DNA of 64,000 bases from an uncultured Bacteroidota bacterium (GCA_903901055.1 CAIUPO010000008.1:4799-68798), one strand, 5' to 3'; positions 47,350-57,848 are shown, counted from the stretch's first letter. Translations and numbers: made by a program. The notes: generated from the letters alone by a model not told the origin.

Positions 47350-47943
47350 ATGAAGCATAATTATACACTGTTAATTTTATTTTGTTTTTTTATCAGTCAA
47401 TGTGCTGTTAAAGCCCAGTCGAAGCAAAAGCATTCAGCTCATAAATCTTCAATGCCTCAACAATTCTTTACGGCTTTTGGCAGCAAAGTGAAATTCGCTG
47501 TATACAATACAGATACTGCTCATGTAGATAGTGTAGGCACTTATGTTACCCATACAGCCGAATATATATGGGACACAATTAATTCAGGATATATTTTCGC
47601 TATTAAAGAACAACGGTTGTTCTGCGATAGCATTAAACCCGAAATTTTAAAAAGAGATTTGCAGAATATAATAAGTGTAATACCACAAAATGGTTTTAGG
47701 TTGCTTGATAAAAGCGGTGGAGAGTTTTCAATTAATATAGAAGAAGCACTATATGATGGGGGAGAGGATTCGGTTTTTGTTTCTGTTGATATAAGTGGCT
47801 TTATTGGCGGCAGTGCTGAATTTGAAGAAACAGGAGTGGTGGGACTAAAGTATTCTGAACTAAAACAATATAACGACAGTATATATAAGCGGCCCGATCA
47901 TTACCCTATGAACAGGTTTGGCAAACAGCTTCAGCTTAGATAG
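47350..47943 (+). CDS. Hypothetical secreted protein
   Basis: It has a signal peptide. I found no recognisable domain. Confidence 0.4.
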   Translation: MKHNYTLLILFCFFISQCAVKAQSKQKHSAHKSSMPQQFFTAFGSKVKFAVYNTDTAHVDSVGTYVTHTAEYIWDTINSGYIFAIKEQRLFCDSIKPEILKRDLQNIISVIPQNGFRLLDKSGGEFSINIEEALYDGGEDSVFVSVDISGFIGGSAEFEETGVVGLKYSELKQYNDSIYKRPDHYPMNRFGKQLQLR

Positions 47944-47948
47944 GGTGA

Positions 47949-48578
47949 TTAGGCAGAGGGATTATCCTTGGGGAGTTTCCGGAAGAATTTAATCATCCCT
48001 GTACTATCAATGGTAAATTCTAAAAGTTTATAGTGTAATTGAATATTTTTCTTAATATCAGATTTCTTCTTGTCGCGTTCAAAAGTTTGATTGGAGTCGA
48101 TTAGAATAATATGGAGGTCTTTTGTGATTTTTGCAATAGATAAACCCGTACAAGCTTCATTTTCGCCACAACAATTACCTATCAGTAATTTCTGGGTTGA
48201 AATTGGTTCTCCATTCTTATTAAAGGTGCGCAATACGGGAAGCTGAACATCCCCAGTAAGGGAATAAAGGATGGCAATATATTTATCTGTCTCATTCACT
48301 TTACCAATTACACGTCCATATTTTTTAAACTTAGAAAGGGTATCCGGGATACTTACTGCTTGTGTTGCCACCGTATCATAACATGTATCGATAAAAGGAA
48401 GGGACACAGAACGCATAGAAGATGTATAGGTCTTCATTGGGCTTTCAATAGAACTTGCTATGGTGTTGCTTTTTTCAGGATTGGTATGACATCCGACTAT
48501 CGAAATGAAGATTCCGGAGAGAAGTAAAACGTTAAATTTGTAAAGCGTACCCAACCTATAATTCAAAAAATTCATCAT
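47949..48578 (-). CDS. Hypothetical lipoprotein
   Basis: It has a signal peptide with the lipobox IVGC. Confidence 0.4.
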   Translation of the reverse strand: MMNFLNYRLGTLYKFNVLLLSGIFISIVGCHTNPEKSNTIASSIESPMKTYTSSMRSVSLPFIDTCYDTVATQAVSIPDTLSKFKKYGRVIGKVNETDKYIAILYSLTGDVQLPVLRTFNKNGEPISTQKLLIGNCCGENEACTGLSIAKITKDLHIILIDSNQTFERDKKKSDIKKNIQLHYKLLEFTIDSTGMIKFFRKLPKDNPSA

Positions 48579-48785
48579 ACCATGTAATATTACTGCAAAG
48601 GTAGCGTTAATGATGTAAGTAATGGTTCAATTTTAAAGAAGTGTAACAAAGGATAAAAAACATTCGTTAAGAACCATAGTTGTTAATAAAAAGTGAATAA
48701 GTTGATTCAATCATGTTGTAGTTATAATTTTTTTTACTATATTTGCCTTGTAATGCCCCAAAAAGAGATTTAAATAAATAGAAAT

Positions 48786-50108
48786 ATGAATAAATTTTTA
48801 CCCTTAGTAGGCTTGTTGGTAGCGCCTTTAGTTGGTTTTTCACAAGCCAGAATTGTAATAAACGGAACCTCGCTTGTTACTATTGTTGAGAATGGTGGCA
48901 TTAAAGCAAAACCTATTTATATAGATGTTAATAATTCTGCGACCAACGCAATTACTACTGTTGGAACAAAAGGATGGATTGTTTCTGAAAGTGAATTTAA
49001 TATGGTAAAGTGGGACATTAGTACCACTACCGGTGCTTATACAGTGCCATTCGGATATAGCAGCCTTTATTCAATTCCATTAACGCTAACACTTGGTGCA
49101 GGTGCAAGTGCAGGTGGTAGTATTTTATTTTCTACCTACCATACACCAAACCTGAATTCAGCGTCTCAACCTTCGGATGTTAATAATATGGGACCAATTA
49201 TTCCTGCTAACAGCCAACCTACACCTATAGATGACTCTTACCAGGTAGTTGACCGTTTTTGGATTATGGATGCATCGAGCTATGGAACAAAACCAGCCAT
49301 TACACAAACTGTATTTACATTTTTAAGCACTGCCAGTACTGCCAGTGAAGTTGGCGGATTGAATGTTGCAGGTATTGAACCTTTATTATTAGCACAACGT
49401 TATAATACAACCATTCCTACTAAAGGTAGCTGGGGAGATTGGTTAGGTTTAGCCGGACAGGCTGGCCCAACCGGTGTAACTAACACTGACAAGAGCGGAC
49501 CTCTTACTGCTGCTAACTTTTATAGATCATGGACATTATCCAGTTCAAATTCTCCATTGCCAATTGAAATAAGTTCTTTCACCGATATTTGTAATAATGG
49601 TGCAGCACTTGTTCAATGGACATCACAATCTGAACTTAACAATGACTATTACACATTGAAAAAGACAACCGATAATGTTCATTTTGAAACTGTAGGAACT
49701 TTGAAGGGAGCAGGTACTACAAGTATGCCAACCAATTATTCAATTACTGATAATAATCCATTCCCTGGTGTGTCTTACTACTTATTGTATCAAACTGATA
49801 TTGACCAAACCACTACCCTTGTAAAAACTATTCCATTCCAAGGATGCGGTGGTCCTGCAGCTACAACTATTACTGCATTCAATACTTCAAATTATATAGA
49901 AGTTCAAATCAATTCAATTGCTGCTGATGAGTATGACATGACTTTGACCAATATGCTTGGCCAAACATTATTAAATGAACATCACTCAGTTGTAGTTGGA
50001 AGTAACGAAATTCAGTTGAGCAATACTCTTAGCCCAGGTATATATATCCTTAACCTGAAAGGCAATATGGGTTCCCTTACCAAAAAGCTTGCAATAGGAG
50101 TAAAGTAA
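48786..50108 (+). CDS. Secreted hypothetical protein with a T9SS type A C-terminal sorting domain
   Basis: It has a signal peptide. The C-terminus is a Por_Secre_tail (LTNMLGQTLLNEHHSVVVGSNEIQLSNTLSPGIYILNLKGNMGSLTKKLAIGVK). Confidence 0.65.
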   Translation: MNKFLPLVGLLVAPLVGFSQARIVINGTSLVTIVENGGIKAKPIYIDVNNSATNAITTVGTKGWIVSESEFNMVKWDISTTTGAYTVPFGYSSLYSIPLTLTLGAGASAGGSILFSTYHTPNLNSASQPSDVNNMGPIIPANSQPTPIDDSYQVVDRFWIMDASSYGTKPAITQTVFTFLSTASTASEVGGLNVAGIEPLLLAQRYNTTIPTKGSWGDWLGLAGQAGPTGVTNTDKSGPLTAANFYRSWTLSSSNSPLPIEISSFTDICNNGAALVQWTSQSELNNDYYTLKKTTDNVHFETVGTLKGAGTTSMPTNYSITDNNPFPGVSYYLLYQTDIDQTTTLVKTIPFQGCGGPAATTITAFNTSNYIEVQINSIAADEYDMTLTNMLGQTLLNEHHSVVVGSNEIQLSNTLSPGIYILNLKGNMGSLTKKLAIGVK

Positions 50109-50236
50109 AACCTTTACCCTTTATACGCTGCTCATAAATATCATTGATTGATAATAGTCACATTCAATATGTTTATGTGCGATGTTTTGCATTTTAATGC
50201 TTGCATTAGCGTATATTTGTACCCTTTGTAAAATTA

Positions 50237-51352
50237 ATGCCGATGAGAAACAAAAATTACATGCGAATAATAGGATTACTTAGTGTATGTCTTCTGACTT
50301 CCTTTCAAATTACTACAGCTCAAAATTCCGTACTTGTTTTAAAAGGAAATGTATTAACCCCAGTTCCTGCTTCAAAAGCCACCTCACAAACGCCGGTTAA
50401 AAAAAATCCACATGCAGATTCGATAGCTGCGGCAAAAAAGGCTGCATCAAAACAAGCGCCGGTTGTAAAGGCACCTGCACCTAAGCCAGCTCCTGTTGTT
50501 AAAGCTCCGGCACCAAAGCCAGCTCCTGTAGTTGTTAAGGCACCAGCCCCGAAACCCGCTCCAGTAGTAAAAGCACCTGCTCCAAAACCAGCTCCGGTTG
50601 TTGTGAAAGCACCAGCCCCGAAACCTGCTCCAGTTGTAAAAGCTCCGGCTCCAAAGCCAGCTCCGGTTGTTGTAAAAACACCGACAAAAGTTGTGCCTGT
50701 AAAAACTCCTGTTTTAGCTCAGGTAGATTATATTAAAAGAGTTCAATTCGTTCATAACCTAGTGTCAAGAAAGATACCACAAACTGTTATTGATTCAATT
50801 GGAGAAATAAACCACGACCTCCTGGATTCAATACGCAGGGAAATTACCAAGCATAAAGACAAGGACAGTATTAACTTCCTGAAAGCTGCCTTGGCAAATG
50901 GAGTGAATGACAGTATTACCCTTTTTAATATTGATAACCTTGTGAACTCTACGGCTGTGAATACTCCGGCAGACGGTACAGGATCATTAAATACATCATG
51001 TATTGATATTTCAACCCAGGCTCCGATTGATTCTGTAAAGGTGGAAATATTCAGCCATGATTCTTTAATTTTAACTACGTTTACTGATAACCAAGGGTCT
51101 TCGAAAATACCGAACATGAAACCAGGTGAGTATAATCTGAATTTTTCAAAGAATAATTATACCCCGTTTTCTGAAAGGTGGATAAAAGTAACAGCAGGTA
51201 ATCCTACCTACGTTCAAATGCCACTAACAGAAATACCAAGGTTTTATCTGCCTAAATTCTCTGCACAGATTTGGGCAATGATTGCAGTTGGCTTAATTTC
51301 AGTATTCGTGCTGATTTATTCCATCATCCGCAGATTGGGCAGGGTTGCCTGA
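50237..51352 (+). CDS. Cell-surface protein with proline-rich APAPKPAPVV(V)K tandem repeats, a CarboxypepD_reg-like beta-sandwich and a C-terminal TM anchor
   Basis: It has a signal peptide. There are 3.3 copies of a 23-aa repeat. The beta-sandwich region is VKVEIFSHDSLILTTFTDNQGSSKIPNMKPGEYNLNF. The C-terminal helix is IWAMIAVGLISVFVLIYSII. Confidence 0.6.
   Translation: MPMRNKNYMRIIGLLSVCLLTSFQITTAQNSVLVLKGNVLTPVPASKATSQTPVKKNPHADSIAAAKKAASKQAPVVKAPAPKPAPVVKAPAPKPAPVVVKAPAPKPAPVVKAPAPKPAPVVVKAPAPKPAPVVKAPAPKPAPVVVKTPTKVVPVKTPVLAQVDYIKRVQFVHNLVSRKIPQTVIDSIGEINHDLLDSIRREITKHKDKDSINFLKAALANGVNDSITLFNIDNLVNSTAVNTPADGTGSLNTSCIDISTQAPIDSVKVEIFSHDSLILTTFTDNQGSSKIPNMKPGEYNLNFSKNNYTPFSERWIKVTAGNPTYVQMPLTEIPRFYLPKFSAQIWAMIAVGLISVFVLIYSIIRRLGRVA
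50456..50678 (+). repeat. In-frame 69-bp tandem repeat (about 3.3 copies) encoding (APAPKPAPVVK)(APAPKPAPVVVK)
   Basis: The direct DNA repeats are visible at 50461-50690. Confidence 0.8.
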
Positions 51353-51473
51353 TTTGAATCATTCCGATTATTCCCAAAAAGCAAGTCTGCGTTAAAAATT
51401 AATGTAGAAATCCTGAAAACTATTTTTCGTTGGAAAAATTCGGTTAAATTTGTGCCACACTGAATATTACTTT

Positions 51474-52790
51474 ATGAAAAAAATAGCTGTTTCACTTATC
51501 GGAGTTACATTATGCCTGCAAGGCTTTGCCCAAAGCGGTAAAATTTCAAGCGCTGCAACTCATCTTGATTATTACCGGAGTCACCGCGATGACACCACAG
51601 AACTGGCTTCCGGCAGAGCTGCAATTGATGAAGCCGCCATAAATGAAAAGACAAAAGATGAACCTAAAATGCATCTTTACAGAGGGGAGATATATCTGGA
51701 ATGGTTTAACATGCATTTGAATAAATTAGAATCGAAATTATTACCGGCAGGGGCTACAGATAACAAGTCAAAAAATAAAGCTTATGCGGATGCATTCACC
51801 CAAATGGATACAAGTTCAATTTGTATTGCAACCAACTCATTCATTAAGGTAATACAATTAGTACCTAAAGATTATTATGCCAAGGAAGCCTTAAGCAATG
51901 AAAACCTTCCAAAGTGCTTGTTAATTCTTGAAAACAAAGCTTTGGTTGAGTTTAACAACAAACATTATCCTTCTGCACTGGCATTATATAAAAAGGCCAT
52001 TTCAGTTTGCCCTGTTTTAAATATTACTGACACCGCAAAGACATACAAAGAAAATATTGAAATGGCTGCCTTTTCAGCTGACAGAGCCGGAAATAATGCT
52101 GAGGCAATTATCTATTACCAAAAAACAATGGATTTGAAATATGACAAATCAACTCCATACCGTTTATTATCTGCTTTGTACCTTAAGCAGAATGACAGCA
52201 CAAAAGCCTGGGGTGTTATAGAAAAAGGCCGTACTGATTATCCGGATGATGAACAGATTATAATTCTGGAAACAAACTATTTTATAAACAGGCACGACTT
52301 TGCAAAAGCAGAAAGCAACCTTAAACTAACTATAAGCAAAGTAGAAGCAAGCCCAAATAAAGATTCAAAAGTTTTAACAAGTTTGTACACCAACCTGGGT
52401 AATATATACGACAGAAGGGCAAATCCTAAGGGCGTTACAGGGGATGATACAACTAAGCCTGCAGACTATGAAACCTTATTTGGAAATGCTGAGACCTACT
52501 ACAAAAAGGCGCTTGAACTTGACCCGGCTAATTTTGATGTATTGTTTGTAACAGGTGCTTTATATTACAACAGAGCTGTAAGTATTGCTAAAGATGCAGA
52601 TAAACTCCCTTTGAATGCTACCGAAAAGTACAATAAATTAATTGCAGATTCTAAAGGATATTTTGCAAAAGCACAACCTTATTTTGAAAGCGCCCATAAA
52701 GTGAAACCGGATGATGTTTCAAACACCAATGCGTTGAAGCAGGTTTATTCCAGCACAGGGCAAAATGATAAGGCGGAAGGTTTAAAGTAA
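51474..52790 (+). CDS. TPR-repeat protein, secreted
   Basis: The signal peptide starts at the internal Met (MKKIAVSLIGVTLCLQGFAQ). TPR-like helical repeats run throughout. Confidence 0.55.
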   Translation: MKKIAVSLIGVTLCLQGFAQSGKISSAATHLDYYRSHRDDTTELASGRAAIDEAAINEKTKDEPKMHLYRGEIYLEWFNMHLNKLESKLLPAGATDNKSKNKAYADAFTQMDTSSICIATNSFIKVIQLVPKDYYAKEALSNENLPKCLLILENKALVEFNNKHYPSALALYKKAISVCPVLNITDTAKTYKENIEMAAFSADRAGNNAEAIIYYQKTMDLKYDKSTPYRLLSALYLKQNDSTKAWGVIEKGRTDYPDDEQIIILETNYFINRHDFAKAESNLKLTISKVEASPNKDSKVLTSLYTNLGNIYDRRANPKGVTGDDTTKPADYETLFGNAETYYKKALELDPANFDVLFVTGALYYNRAVSIAKDADKLPLNATEKYNKLIADSKGYFAKAQPYFESAHKVKPDDVSNTNALKQVYSSTGQNDKAEGLK

Positions 52791-52794
52791 AAAA

Positions 52795-53337
52795 TTAGCG
52801 CTGTCCCATCTCGGCTTTAGCCAATCTTAATGTTTTAAGTAAAGCAGGGATATCGGCTTGTGCAAAATCGGTTTCAGTAGAAGGGTTTTGGCTGTCGGTG
52901 CGGAAAAAGAGTGTCCAGCCATTGTTGGGTTGCCAGAAACATCCAATTTCAATATTATACTTGCTGGTAAAGGATATTTCTGTATTCGGGTCAACGGGAG
53001 GATGCGTAATTACATTGGAGGAAATATATTTCATGAAACTGATAAGTTCATTCACCTCATTTGAATCGAGCAGGGCAGAGGGGCCGCTTGCATTATTAGG
53101 CATTTGAATATCGAAGCGGATGCATTGAAGCTTGTCGTTTACTGTAAGATCGGTAATATATTCTACCTGAATATTCATGTTACCAACTTTACCCACTTCA
53201 TCAAAGCGTTTTTCAATTATAGTTGACTTACGGGCGGCAAATTTTTCGGCAGGGCTTGTTTCTGCTGAAGCAGTTCCCTGTGCAAAACCTGCAATTGATG
53301 ATGCAAGTAAAGTCAATGTGAAAACGGTTTTTTTCAT
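52795..53337 (-). CDS. Hypothetical secreted protein
   Basis: The signal peptide starts at the internal Met (MKKTVFTLTLLASSIAGFAQG). Confidence 0.45.
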   Translation of the reverse strand: MKKTVFTLTLLASSIAGFAQGTASAETSPAEKFAARKSTIIEKRFDEVGKVGNMNIQVEYITDLTVNDKLQCIRFDIQMPNNASGPSALLDSNEVNELISFMKYISSNVITHPPVDPNTEISFTSKYNIEIGCFWQPNNGWTLFFRTDSQNPSTETDFAQADIPALLKTLRLAKAEMGQR

Positions 53338-53456
53338 ATTGTTTGTATTGTTGGTATATAGCTGAAAGCAAAGATATAAAATAAAACATGATTGTTTTTC
53401 CGGAAGCACACTGTTTTGTAAATCATTTATTTATATACTTGTACTTTGCCAATTGT

Positions 53457-54401
53457 ATGAAAAACTTTTTTTTCTGCAAAAAACATTTTCTAAAAGCAGG
53501 TTCTTTTTATCTGGCGAGTTTAATGCTGTTCTCTTCCTGCAACTCCGGCAACAAAGTTGTTTCCTCGTTTGGTAAAAGGAAATATACAAAGGGTTTTTTC
53601 TTTAATGTTCCATCTATAGCTAAAAAACAAACCAGCGCGAAGCCCGAAGAACTTGTAAATATTGCAAAAACGGGTAATGCAAAGACCCTGATAAAAGCAA
53701 AAAACGATGGGAGGGAAGCTACCTCTTTAATAGTTGGACTAACCGCAAAAGCGCAGAACACTAATGGAAGCAGGGAATTGACTAAATCAAATGGGCAAAA
53801 AGCAATAAAGGTTGAAAAGTTCATAATTGAAAGGGGGGTAGAGAGCTTTAGTCAAAAATATGCCCCTGCAATTGATACCGCTAAAGTATCGACCCAACAG
53901 GCGTTGAATCCTCAAAAGCATCATTGGGTTGCTAAAATTATTTTGTCTGTAATTGGGCTGTCGGCCTTAATTTTTGGGATAATTACCGGGCAGGGGTATG
54001 TGATAAATGGGTATACAATTGACGAACCGACACCCATATTTATTTCTTTGCTTGGCTTATTGGTTATAGTTATTGCATTCACCTTAATAGGGAAGGGTGG
54101 TTCACCCAATAATCAAAATCAGTATTCACAGGCTCGATATACGGATGTTCCTTTTCATCCGAATGCCGATATGGGCAGGAGCTATGATGCTCCAGCACAT
54201 AATTACGAATCGGGTGGAAACCCAACCCAAAATCATACGAACGGATTGAAAACAGCCGGAGGTGTTATTTTGGTTATACTGGGAATCTTAGGGTTAATAT
54301 TCTTCGGTTCGGCTGCCATAGCATTTCCTAGTTTATGGCCCTTTGCGGTACTTGCACTTGGCGTCCTAATAGGTGGAATATTAATGTCATCTTACCATTA
54401 G
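53457..54401 (+). CDS. Member of the paralog family (lipoprotein signal, conserved SSFGKRKYTKGFFF motif, low-complexity linker, C-terminal TM helices). This is the long variant with four TM helices.
   Basis: The N-terminus is MKNFFFCKKHFLKAGSFYLASLMLFSSCNSGNKVVSSFGKRKYTKGFFFNVP. The conserved box CTTGTACTTTGCC lies upstream. Confidence 0.6.
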   Translation: MKNFFFCKKHFLKAGSFYLASLMLFSSCNSGNKVVSSFGKRKYTKGFFFNVPSIAKKQTSAKPEELVNIAKTGNAKTLIKAKNDGREATSLIVGLTAKAQNTNGSRELTKSNGQKAIKVEKFIIERGVESFSQKYAPAIDTAKVSTQQALNPQKHHWVAKIILSVIGLSALIFGIITGQGYVINGYTIDEPTPIFISLLGLLVIVIAFTLIGKGGSPNNQNQYSQARYTDVPFHPNADMGRSYDAPAHNYESGGNPTQNHTNGLKTAGGVILVILGILGLIFFGSAAIAFPSLWPFAVLALGVLIGGILMSSYH

Positions 54402-54402
54402 G

Positions 54403-56040
54403 TTATTTCCCCGACTTTTTAAGCGCTAATTGAACTGCTTTATACGCATTAATAGTGCCACCGCTTATACATAAATCAGTGTAAGAAACCAAAACAGGTG
54501 TTTTGGTGCCACGAGGTGCAGGTTTGGGAACCAAAGCGGTAATCTTAGTAACCGATTCCATTAATATTTCTCTCACTTGTTTTGCCGAAAGTTTCGGGAA
54601 ATACTCACGGATAAGGGCAGCTACACCGGCCACGCATGGAGAGGCCATACTTGTTCCGTTGAAATAGGCATATCCGCTATCAGGAATTGAGCTATAAATT
54701 TTAACACCCGGCGCAAAAAGGTCAACAGAGTTTTTACCATAATTACTGAAAGAACCCGGTTTACCGTTTACATCTGATGCACCAACTTCAATCCAGTTTT
54801 TGGCTTGTTTATGCGAATTTTCATATCGACGGGTCGGGAAATTGTCCACAGAATCATTGTTTTGGTTGTCGTTTCCGGCAGCATGAACTAAAAGTACGTC
54901 ATGTTTCTCGGCATACTTTACAGCTTCATCAACGGCTTTCTTGTTATAAGACCATCCTTTACCGAAACTCATATTGATAACCTTAGCGCCATTATCAACA
55001 GCATAACGGATTCCATTGGCAACATCCTTATCGCGCTCATCACCATCAGGTACAACCCTTACACCCATAATTTTAACATTATCGGCAATACCTTCCTGGG
55101 TACTGGCAACGCCTGTGCGGTTTCCGCTTATAATTCCACTAACGTGGGTTCCATGCCCGGCGGTTTTGCCATTCAAATCATTATTACCATAATACTTTTG
55201 AGTTATATCAGCATAATTGTCGCCAACGGTTGGGCGAGGGTCAAAATTTACATTGTATTGATAAAGCAAAAAGGTATTTAAATAATCCAATCCACCCTTA
55301 ATCTGTTTCTTTATGCTATCGGCCGTAACTCCCTTCATAAAAGATGATAACATTCCGAAATTACGTCCTAAACGTTCCTTGGTTTTAATCATTACACTGT
55401 CGGTTGGTTTGTATGCATCCATGTCTTCCTGGTTGAAGTCGTTTTTACCTATAACCACTTTAATCTTATCAATATTGTCCATGAAATCTTTCAGTCCGTC
55501 ATATTGCTTTTGATAGGCACCTTGTTTGGATTCGAACGCCTTTTTAACCTTTTGGTATTTGGCGTATTCCAACTTGTCTTTTTTAGAAAGCTTGTCAGCA
55601 TTGCTAGTCGTAGCATATTTTTTACCCAATTCCCTGTAAAGACGGGTTAATTCAATGTTATCCTTATCAACAGAACTGTCTTTTCCGCCAATAAAATCCC
55701 AGCCATTAACATCGTCAATGTAACCATTGTGGTCATCGTCAGCCTTGTTACCGGCAATTTCTTTCGGGTTTACCCAAATATGATTCTTTAACGCAGGATG
55801 GTTTACACATACACCATTATCAATTACCGCCACAATTACCGTAGTAGATTGTACACCTTTAGATTTTAAGAGTTCTATGGCCTTGTCCGAGCCGGTTCCA
55901 TAAACGCTGTCTTGTTCAATGCTTTTGTTTTGCCAGTTTTTAGCCGGGTTTTGTGCATTGGCATTGATTGAGAGGATTCCTAATGCTAAAAGGGCGCTTA
56001 ATTGACGTAGATGTTTGATCATACAATATATTTTTTGCAA
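54403..56040 (-). CDS. S8-family subtilisin-like serine peptidase, secreted
   Basis: It has a signal peptide and the Asp/His/Ser catalytic triad motifs (VAVIDNGV, HGTHVSGIISG, GTSMASPCVAGVAALI). Confidence 0.85.
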   Translation of the reverse strand: MQKIYCMIKHLRQLSALLALGILSINANAQNPAKNWQNKSIEQDSVYGTGSDKAIELLKSKGVQSTTVIVAVIDNGVCVNHPALKNHIWVNPKEIAGNKADDDHNGYIDDVNGWDFIGGKDSSVDKDNIELTRLYRELGKKYATTSNADKLSKKDKLEYAKYQKVKKAFESKQGAYQKQYDGLKDFMDNIDKIKVVIGKNDFNQEDMDAYKPTDSVMIKTKERLGRNFGMLSSFMKGVTADSIKKQIKGGLDYLNTFLLYQYNVNFDPRPTVGDNYADITQKYYGNNDLNGKTAGHGTHVSGIISGNRTGVASTQEGIADNVKIMGVRVVPDGDERDKDVANGIRYAVDNGAKVINMSFGKGWSYNKKAVDEAVKYAEKHDVLLVHAAGNDNQNNDSVDNFPTRRYENSHKQAKNWIEVGASDVNGKPGSFSNYGKNSVDLFAPGVKIYSSIPDSGYAYFNGTSMASPCVAGVAALIREYFPKLSAKQVREILMESVTKITALVPKPAPRGTKTPVLVSYTDLCISGGTINAYKAVQLALKKSGK

Positions 56041-56114
56041 ACTTAGGAATAACTTTTAGTGGGAGATGTTAATGAAATGCTAAATGCCTATACTTGTAAA
56101 TAAAATTAAATAGT

Positions 56115-56330
56115 ATGCCATGTAAATTCAAACCCGGAGATACAGTTTGTAAAACTACTGCAAGGGATATCAAGATGATTGTTGAGAAATGTACAATAGT
56201 AGATGGGGAATTGAATACTACCTGGCGTATTACCTGCAAGAGATACGATGCCGTTAGCGAGGGATGGCTGCAGGCAGGAGTTTACAGGCAAGATGAACTG
56301 GAATTAATACCAAACCCGAATCTGGGTTAG
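56115..56330 (+). CDS. Small hypothetical protein (DUF2158/YodC-like?)
   Basis: It is 71 aa. KFKPGDTVCKTT...MIVEKC resembles small DUF2158 proteins. The match is weak. Confidence 0.3.
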   Translation: MPCKFKPGDTVCKTTARDIKMIVEKCTIVDGELNTTWRITCKRYDAVSEGWLQAGVYRQDELELIPNPNLG

Positions 56331-56443
56331 CTTCATTTTACACTTTCAAATGTTTATTCTGCTTGAATCTGCGCTATGCGCTATAAATAACCCTGTTTCA
56401 AATTTATATTTGACACTTTTTTACACTTTTACAGGATGTAAGT

Positions 56444-56466
56444 GTAGGGTATACAGTATACCCTAC
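56444..56466. terminator. Perfect 10-bp palindrome GTAGGGTATA-cag-TATACCCTAC between convergent small ORFs
   Basis: A T-run (GGCTTTTCT) lies 3' on the plus strand. Confidence 0.3.
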
Positions 56467-56702
56467 AGCGGCTTTTCTATAAGTTCCCTAAGCTTGTTGT
56501 TTATGGCAATGCTGGTTTCGTCTTCCTTGAGATTAGCAACCGTTTTGGTGGTCAAACGGATATTGATTGCCAAAGCTTCGTGAGGCATTTTATAGGTTTC
56601 CTCGGTAAAAGCATATAGTTTCTTTAAGCGTTCTTTCATTTCGGGTAACGCCATTATGGCATCTTTTAATTTCTTGTCCATGGTTTGATTATTGGATTGC
56701 AA
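56463..56702 (-). CDS. Small hypothetical protein
   Basis: It is a 79-aa ORF with no recognisable domain. Confidence 0.3.
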   Translation of the reverse strand: MQSNNQTMDKKLKDAIMALPEMKERLKKLYAFTEETYKMPHEALAINIRLTTKTVANLKEDETSIAINNKLRELIEKPL

Positions 56703-57053
56703 ACTTAAGCCTTTTATGAACAGTTTAGTTTCTTTCGTTTCATCGGCTTAGTTACGAACTTAATATATCGCCTGGCAATACGGAGGGTTTTCTTATAATC
56801 TTTGCAACTAACTCTATGAGCCAATTTAAGGCAATCAAGCCGGATTTGGATTTCTTTAAGCATGGCGATTGATTTACAAGGTGCCTGTAAAGATACAAAT
56901 TTATTCAATCCAATAGTCTTATAATAAACATTATGTTAAATAGATTAATAAAATGGTATTCAATTACTTAGTATGTGTATTATAAGTAGATTGATTTATA
57001 ACTCAATTATTTTTGGTATACTTAATATTGCAACAATATTTTAAGGTAACCCC

Positions 57054-57437
57054 CTACCTGCCGGCATGTTTATCCCAATAAAGAAAATAACCGGAATCTT
57101 TTTCGAGTAACTTAATATCCCATTCAAAGTTTCCGCTTTCAACCATCTCCACTCCGGTTCCACAATACGTGTGTCTGGCGGAATCCCTAAATTTCTTTTT
57201 GTTCTTAATTATTCCGCCGGGTTGGATTATAAACGGAAACTCATCCTGCATTTCAATTCCCTGAATGCTTAAAACTAACTTTGAACTGTCTTTTGGAATC
57301 TTTCCAATGTAATTCTTACTAATAGTAACAGAGTCGAGATCAAAGCCCGTTTTATTATACACCCTTATTTTAAGGCTTTGAGCATTTCCTTTAAGTGAAA
57401 CCAATGCAATTAAACATATTATTAAAAGCCCCTTCAT
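57054..57437 (-). CDS. Small secreted hypothetical protein, paralog of 57434..57835
   Basis: The signal peptide is MKGLLIICLIALVSLKGNAQ. It shares the LKIRVYNKTGFDLDS and CGTG...G.FEWDIKLLE motifs with the upstream paralog. Confidence 0.5.
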   Translation of the reverse strand: MKGLLIICLIALVSLKGNAQSLKIRVYNKTGFDLDSVTISKNYIGKIPKDSSKLVLSIQGIEMQDEFPFIIQPGGIIKNKKKFRDSARHTYCGTGVEMVESGNFEWDIKLLEKDSGYFLYWDKHAGR

Positions 57438-57835
57438 TTCCCATGCATCTCCCAAGCCAGTTTTAACCCCTCCGGCCGTTCGATTATTTTAATGTCAAAT
57501 TCATAAGCTCCTGAGGTAATCTCGGTAGTTCCTGTATTGCAAACAGGGCTGTACACTCCCCCTTTCAGCCAATGGTAACCTTTCTTAGCCCAATTGTTCA
57601 TCCGGATACTACCCCAGGGCGCTAACATAGATGGAAATCCATTTAATAACTGGACTGACTTCAAATTGGAGATTGTATAAGTGCTATCATTCTGCAGTTT
57701 CCCCACATATATATCTCCTAAATACAAGGAATCTAAAAGATAGCCCGTTTTATTATACACCTTAATCCGAAGGAATTGAGCAGAACAATTCATGAAGAGG
57801 ATAACAAATAAAGAGAGTATCAGTTTTTTTTTCAT
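57434..57835 (-). CDS. Small secreted hypothetical protein, paralog of 57054..57437
   Basis: The signal peptide is MKKKLILSLFVILFMNCSAQ. It carries the LRIKVYNKTGYLLDS motif. A 4-nt overlap with the next gene suggests an operon. Confidence 0.5.
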   Translation of the reverse strand: MKKKLILSLFVILFMNCSAQFLRIKVYNKTGYLLDSLYLGDIYVGKLQNDSTYTISNLKSVQLLNGFPSMLAPWGSIRMNNWAKKGYHWLKGGVYSPVCNTGTTEITSGAYEFDIKIIERPEGLKLAWEMHGK

Positions 57836-57848
57836 GTAAGTCCCCTAT

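Noticed and set aside
56714-56908. 64-aa minus-strand ORF (MNKFVSLQAPCKS...)
   Set aside because: It has no homology or motifs and a basic low-complexity composition. It may be real, but the evidence is insufficient to call it.
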